Part shown: positions 33,332-64,000 of the stretch, piece by piece | How the letters are laid out: each line of letters starts with the position of its first letter | Numbering within the stretch: position 1 is the first letter of the stretch | Assembly: GCA_012295275.1 (NCBI GenBank) | Contig: CM022677.1 | Coordinates: 17,422,001 to 17,486,000, forward strand | Origin: Chrysomallon squamiferum | Taxonomy: Eukaryota; Animalia; Mollusca | Reading direction: 5' to 3' | Length of the DNA: 64,000 bases | Notes under the pieces: model-generated | What the model was told of the DNA's origin: nothing | Seen by the model: the letters and a program-made list of their open reading frames with translations, nothing else | The model's database searches: none | Made by a program: the position numbers and the translations under genes

Positions 33332-34211
33332 AATAATAATAATAATAACAATAATAAAAACAATAATAATAATGATGATGATGTTGACGATTGCAATGAT
33401 AGTAGTAAAAAGATATGACAACGAAAAGGCTACAAGATTCACTTATTTTCTATTACTAAATATCACAGGATTCTTACTCACAGATACGTCTACCCTGATC
33501 TTGCTAAAAGTACTGTTTCCAGAACGTTCTGGTTTCGGCGTTTTTCCTTCCCCTTTACAGTTCAGGTTGCCGATGTTGGGATGTGACCCAGAGTTCGCGA
33601 CTGCGAGGGACACGTACTCCGTGGGCGACGTGGCCATGTTGTGACAGTAGAACGTTGTAGGCTTACCACCGAGAGAGTCGGGGTAGAGGACGTAGTCGCC
33701 GTCCTGTGCAGCAGCATCATTTGCCTGGATGGCAGCACAGGTTTTTTTGATGTCTGTAACAAAACATTGACGTAAGATTTCTTTATAAAATAGTTTTGAA
33801 AGAATTTGTGTGTGTGTGTGTGTGCGTGTCTTGTATGTGTGTCTTTTGTGTGTGTGTGTTTTCTGTCATTTCTATTCTGGACTGTAAGATAATGAAACAG
33901 CAGACCTAATGGGGTTTTTTTTGGTGTCTTTATGTGCGTGCCTCTGTATCTGAGTATCTCTATGTGTGTGTATATATATATGCGTCCGTAATATTTATTT
34001 GTTCAGTGTCCGTTTATATTTCTGTATGTTTATATATATATATTAACAAATAAACTTTATAAAGTGTTCGTAAGTGGGTTTCCTAAACATGTATATAGTG
34101 AGTTTGCCTGTACGTGAATTGATGAAGTTAATTACTTGATACAGTGCAGATCTGTACAGCGGTCACACAGAAAACTCCCGCCAGTATCAGTAAAACAGAG
34201 AATCCCTCCAT
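31812..34211 (-). CDS. Secreted stand-alone GON-domain protein, paralog B (~222 aa, 4 coding exons)
   Basis: Minus-strand exons 34211-34136 (MEGFSVLLILAGVFCVTA), 33753-33482, 32491-32315 and 31955-31812. Same exon phases and GON motifs as paralog A; frame intact. Confidence 0.88.
32465..32960 (-). repeat. 72-bp tandem repeat of the exon-3 acceptor region of GON paralog B (~6 units)
   Basis: TTCAG acceptor copies at 32492, 32563, 32635, 32773, 32845 and 32904. The unit next to the exon is 71 bp. Confidence 0.88.
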
Positions 34212-34302
34212 ATCCTGTTTCTGTATAATGAAAATAACAAAAACATAATTATAAAGCTGTTGTTGTAGTCACAGATTCACCTCTCTCTCTCTCTCTCTCT
34301 TC

Positions 34303-34365
<63 letters not shown>

Positions 34366-34452
34366 TCTCTATCTCTATCTTTCTCTTTATATATAGAAAA
34401 TATCCATCAAAGTATCTTCTATATTTGTATTTGTGTGTGCATGTGTACATAT

Positions 34453-34546
<94 letters not shown>

Positions 34547-34589
34547 ATAAATAATACCAGATATAGAATGATAAAAAGAGAGAAATGTG

Positions 34590-34926
34590 AAAAACAAAAT
34601 GATGAACAAGAAACAGATTCACAGGCGCAAAGTCAAATTCTACAGTTAGAGGGAGAGAACAATCAAAAAACAAAACATGTGAGATATACCGAATATTTTT
34701 TAAATTCATTAAACGTTTCTATTCTGTGTTTAAAACACCATTTTAAATAAACGAGGTTTCACAACAAGTTCATAAAATTTCAAAACTAACAGAAACTTGG
34801 GTGTCATTTAATTATTTTAACTGTAAACGTAAATAAAAACAAAACGATGCAAAGTGAAAGATGAATTGAGCAACTACAACAGTTTCTTTCTAGTCAGAAC
34901 AAGTGACAGAAAGAACGATAAGGAAA

Positions 34927-34957
<31 letters not shown>

Positions 34958-35345
34958 GTTCAGAAGGAGAGATAGAATGATGGAGAGTGAAATAAAGACA
35001 AATCGACATAGAAAATATACTTTGTGAAAAGAAAATATATTCGCCATTTTTCATTTAACACTGACATATAGTTAAATCATTTAATTTTTCAGAGAAACCA
35101 CAGACAGACAGACAGACAGACAGTCGTATACTCACATAAGCTTACAAAGAACAAAACGAAAAACCCTTCTTCTCTATTAGATGCTTATTTTCAGAGTAGA
35201 TTAACAGACGTTCGTTAGACCATTTATCCACTGTTATCTAGACCGGTTATCAATTTCTGTAATTGAAAATATTTTAATATCCTATTTATTGTGATTTGCT
35301 AATAGCAATCTTATTGTTTGCATCTAATTTAAATATATTTTATTA
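34590..35345. repeat. Duplicated upstream region shared by GON paralogs A and B (counterpart at ~27970-28755)
   Basis: Long colinear near-identity, e.g. GATGAACAAGAAACAGATTCACAG...GTGTCATTTAATTATTTTAACTGTAAACG...ACTCACATAAGCTTACAAAGAACAAAACG. Confidence 0.85.
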
Positions 35346-35575
35346 TGATAGTTAAATGCTTAACGTGAAATGGAAGGAACTACGAAAGAATGTCCATTTC
35401 CGTTCTAATGTATGGAACCATCATTAATTTTAATATCTCCAAATGCATTGGTCTGCAAAGCAGGTCCGATAGTTAGGGTTGTTAGTAATAATTTATTTAC
35501 TGCATTATATATAAAATTATTATTCATTGCAACAAACACTTGAAACATTTTTCTGAAGGAGATTTGCAGGTAATG
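35130..35575. promoter_or_regulatory. Putative shared divergent promoter with non-coding first exons of GON paralogs B (-) and C (+)
   Basis: Minus-strand GTGAGT donor at 35130-35135. Plus-strand TATATAAAA at 35508-35516 and CAG|GTAATG donor at 35570. Both genes have a CAG acceptor 3 nt before the ATG. Confidence 0.45.
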
Positions 35576-35704
35576 TTGTTGTTTTTTTTTGTTGTTTTCT
35601 GCTTGTTTAAGAAGGAGTCTGTCTCTCTGTCTGTCTCTATTGATTGCCTAACTGGTTTATTTATTCCGTTCCTCAAACCTATTCTTGTAACGTCTTTTAT
35701 TTGT

Positions 35705-35787
<83 letters not shown>

Positions 35788-36010
35788 CTCTCTGTTCTGC
35801 TCTGCTCTGCTCTGCCATGTTTGTCTAACTTTCTGTATGTATGATTATGTCTGTGTACGAAAATATGTGTAATTGCTATATATTCATATGACTCTCTCTG
35901 TATATGTGTGTGAGTGCGTGTGTGTGTGTGTTTATGTGTGTGTGTGAGTGCATGTGTGTGTGGATGTGTGTGTGTACTGTTCTCCCTCATTCAGGCTGTC
36001 TCTTTATCGC

Positions 36011-36098
<88 letters not shown>

Positions 36099-36171
36099 AT
36101 ATCCTCTCGCTCTCAGTCTCATAGGTGTTAAAAAAAATACCAAACAAAAGTTTTATTTTTATCTTCAGATC

Positions 36172-36365
36172 ATGGAAATTCTGTTTCTGTTTTTGGCGGG
36201 AATTTTCACCGTCACGTCTGCTACGATGTGCCCGTCACCATCAGGTTAGTGATTAATGCTAACATGCATATGTTACAACTGCAACAGACAAACACAGAGA
36301 CACACACAAACACACACATACATACATATACAGGCACAACTAAATGCTCATGTATTATTATTAAA

Positions 36366-36403
<38 letters not shown>

Positions 36404-36446
36404 CATCATCATCATCATTATTATTATTATCGTTATTATTATTAAA

Positions 36447-36503
<57 letters not shown>

Positions 36504-37920
36504 GTAGATTCGGAAACAGTGAAACCCAAGTCATGTGTTCATGTTCGTCAGATAGACCCAGCAGCGTTGGACTGCCACTACGTCCTCTACCCCGACTCTC
36601 TCGGTGGTAAGCCTACAACGTTCTACTGTCACAACATGGCAACGTCACCCACGGAGTACGTGTCCCTCGCAGTCGCGAACTCTGGGTCACATCCCAACAT
36701 CGGCAACCTCAATTGTAAAGGTGAAGGAAAAACGCCAAAACCAGAACGTTCTGGAAACAGTACTTTTAGCAAGATCAGAGTAAACGTATCTGTGAGTGAG
36801 ATTCCAATGTTATTTAGTAATTCAAAACAATTTATTGAAAGAGAGAAACAGTTAAATAAAATTTGCTGGTTTTATGGTGATCGTGTGTGTGTGTGTGTGT
36901 GACTTGAAACAAAAATCTGAATTTTGTCGTCGTATTATTTTTTCGTACTAATTTACTGTTAAGTAACACTAATAATTATTATTATATGACGACAGAGCCG
37001 TCTGACTATTGTGCTAAACTTTGCATTATTTATAATTATTACGTCAACATTCAGACTATGACGGTAGACAGGACTGACTACTGTGTTATATTTTGTATTA
37101 TTTATAATTATTACATCAACATTCAGACTATGACGGTAGACAGAACTGACTATTGTGTTATATTTTGTATTATTTATAATTATTACGTCACAATTCAGAC
37201 TATGACGGTAGACAGAACTGACTACTGTGTTATATTTTGTATTATTTATAATTATTACGTCAACATTCAGACTATGACGGTAGACAGGACTGACTATTGT
37301 GTTATATTTTGTATTATTTATAATTATTACGTCAACATTCAGACTATGACGACAGAACCGTCTGACTATTGTGCTAAACTTTGTATTATTTATAATTATT
37401 ACGTCAACATTCAGACTATGACGGTAGACAGGACTGACTATTGTGTTATATTTTGTATTATTTATAATTATTACGTCAACATTCAGACTATGACGGTAGA
37501 CAGGACTGACTATTGTGTTATATTTTGTATTATTTATAATTATTACGTCACAATTCAGACTATGACAGCATACAGGACTGACTACTGTGTTATATTTCGT
37601 ATTATTTATAATTATTACGTCACAATTCAGATTATGACGGTAGACAGGACTGACTACTGTGTTATATTTTGTATTATTTATAATTATTACGTCACAATTC
37701 AGACTATGACGGTAGACAGGACTGACTACACGTTCGCTGTCACGACAGGGAAACCCGTTCCTTACGGTGAGGCAAGTGACTGCTACTCCATCCACTACGG
37801 TGGCAACAAAGCACCGTGCGGCATCAAAGGCAACTTCGTCATCGACACAACTGATACACCATTCGTGGTAGACCCAACTGTGAGTGTTAAGCCGTTATTA
37901 TTGTTGTTGTTGTCGTCATC

Positions 37921-37977
<57 letters not shown>

Positions 37978-38275
37978 TGTATCGTTATTATCATATTATT
38001 GTTATTTATATTAGCATATTTTATTATTCTCATTATCATTATTATAGGCATCATTATCATCATCATCATCATCATCTTCATCATCATCTTTTATTATTTA
38101 TCTTCTTTACGCTGATTTTGTTTATTTACAGCTTACGTGGTCTGCTACTGGTTGGAATCCTTTTGCCGAGGTTAGTAAATCAACCGATGGCAGGGTTATC
38201 TCCCTTCTATGTGGAGGCTGGTGTGGTGGATGTGAACCAGATAAACCAATGAAACTTGTGCTTGCTCAGCCGTGA
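36172..38275 (+). CDS. Secreted stand-alone GON-domain protein, paralog C (~225 aa, 4 coding exons)
   Basis: Exons 36172-36244 (MEILFLFLAGIFTVTSA), 36508-36791, 37703-37879 and 38132-38275. GT-AG with consistent phases, GON motifs present, AATAAA at ~38300. Confidence 0.88.
36983..37730 (+). repeat. 72-bp tandem repeat of the exon-3 acceptor region of GON paralog C (10 acceptors)
   Basis: TTCAG acceptors end at 37054, 37126, 37198, 37270, 37342, 37414, 37486, 37558, 37630 and 37702 (exact 72-bp period). The array is stop-free and in frame with exon 3. Confidence 0.93.
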
Positions 38276-38899
38276 ATACTGTATTTAGTTAAATATGTCA
38301 ATAAATATATGTGATGACTAATTTCCTTGTTTTCTCAAAGATAACTAACTACAACTTAATGAAGTATAATAGTATACTGTTTGTCTGGCTCTCGTAGTGT
38401 TGTTCGTTTTCATAAATAATTAGTGTAATAAAATTTTAAAATCAAAACAAAAACAAATAAATAACGTAATAATGTTATTGTAGGGTTATTTGTTTATGTA
38501 TGTAGGAAAAACCTAAAAAATAAAAAAAAAATAAAAAAAAAATTATAAACATAACAATGAAAGAAGGATAACAATAAATATTAGAAAATAAATAAGGAAT
38601 TTTTATCAAAAATAAATAAATAATAACAAAAAGAACATGATATTTAGACTGTATTTTTTATTATTTTATTTATTAATTTACTATTGAAAACTGGAAAAAT
38701 AGTAAATACTATTATATAACTGTGATATATATAAACAATAAACGTAATTCATAAGAAAGATAGAAAGAAAAGAAACCTCCGCCTTTCCTAGCTTGAATTT
38801 TTTCATGCTGATAAGACCTAAGTTTTCTACGTCAAGTCGCAGTATGACACACCTATGAAAGTAAGCGATAAAGGCAACAAAGAAAAAGGACGACAACAA

Positions 38900-38950
38900 C
38901 CCGGAAGACACGAACTACATTACATCAGACCGGAGTTCGCGCATGCGCAA
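38900..38950 (+). promoter_or_regulatory. Putative ADAM10 promoter elements (ETS-like CCGGAAG; NRF1-like CGCGCATGCGCA)
   Basis: CCGGAAG at 38901 and CGCGCATGCGCA at 38938-38949, in a CpG-containing patch ~210 bp upstream of the ATG. Confidence 0.5.
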
Positions 38951-39157
38951 GTAAAGTGTTAGTCAAAGCTGAAGAAATGTACTTCGATTTCTTGTGATCC
39001 TGTGTTGTTGTTTTTTTTTTTACCCTGTCAACGTTAATAATTCCCGATGTTGTTTATTACTTACATAAAGTAAAAAATATTTTTTCTAGTTCAGTGTGAA
39101 CTAGCGTGACCTACAAAGTCTTTCAGGAACGTTTTCCACAAGTCAAAAACAGGGCGG

Positions 39158-63590
<24,433 letters not shown>

Positions 63591-64000
63591 GTAAATGTTA
63601 CAGATTACACTCACACACATGCACGCACACACATACACACACACAGAAAATGTTACTATTATTTACACATTTTGCTTTTAAATCACAGTGTTCTGTCTTT
63701 AACTTCCGTGGTTTTTCTTTTGTTTTTAACTTGTTTTGTTTGACTTTTGTTGTTTTGATTGGGTTTTTGTTTTTCACATTTACAGGTACTTCTACAACTG
63801 CATTTACTTTCAATTTTTACTTCTACTTTTTACTTTCAGTTCTGTTTTTCCTTCTTCTTTTACTTTCGCTTCTATGTTTCCTTCTTTTTTTTACTTTTAC
63901 TTTCCCTTTTTTTTTTTCTTTTTTCACTTCTATTTTTTTTTTTTTTTTTACTTTTACTTCCGTTTCTATTTTCGCTTCTTTTTTTTACTTTTACTTTCAC

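Noticed and set aside
37055-37069. Possible 9-nt microexons (CAG|ACTATGACG|GTAGAC) in each 72-bp unit
   Set aside because: GTAGAC is a weak donor, and the same sequence is read through in the real exon 3. Cannot be supported without reads.
36983-37730. CRISPR-like appearance of regularly spaced repeats
   Set aside because: Units are contiguous with no unique spacers, there are no cas genes, and the context is a eukaryotic intron.

Overview
AT-rich, microsatellite-laden animal genomic DNA, probably a gastropod mollusc (inferred from SINE-like fragments and gene style). I reconstructed the spliced genes by hand. (1) A minus-strand 467-aa low-complexity ORF of unknown function at 34-1437. (2) A complete 7-exon secreted trypsin-type (S1A) protease at 3625-8581 (+), with a 6-Cys defensin/clip-like N-terminal module on its own exon. 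(3) Three large satellite blocks (18, ~35 and ~39 bp units) between ~11.5 and 24.8 kb. (4) Three paralogous 4-exon genes encoding secreted stand-alone GON-domain proteins: A 21755-26967 (-), B 31812-34211 (-), C 36172-38275 (+). Each carries a 72-bp tandem array of its own exon-3 splice acceptor; C has ten in-frame, stop-free copies. B appears to be a gene-conversion mosaic of A and C. (5) A decayed Ginger2/TDD-like DNA transposon with a nested LINE fragment between A and B. (6) The first 15 coding exons of an ADAM10/Kuzbanian gene (39158 to beyond 63590, +). It contains a textbook U12-type AT-AC intron (61035-61630), an apparent 1-bp frameshift in exon 8, a Tigger/pogo remnant, and many tandem repeats seeded at splice sites. 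Most long ORFs in the supplied track are satellite or microsatellite artefacts.
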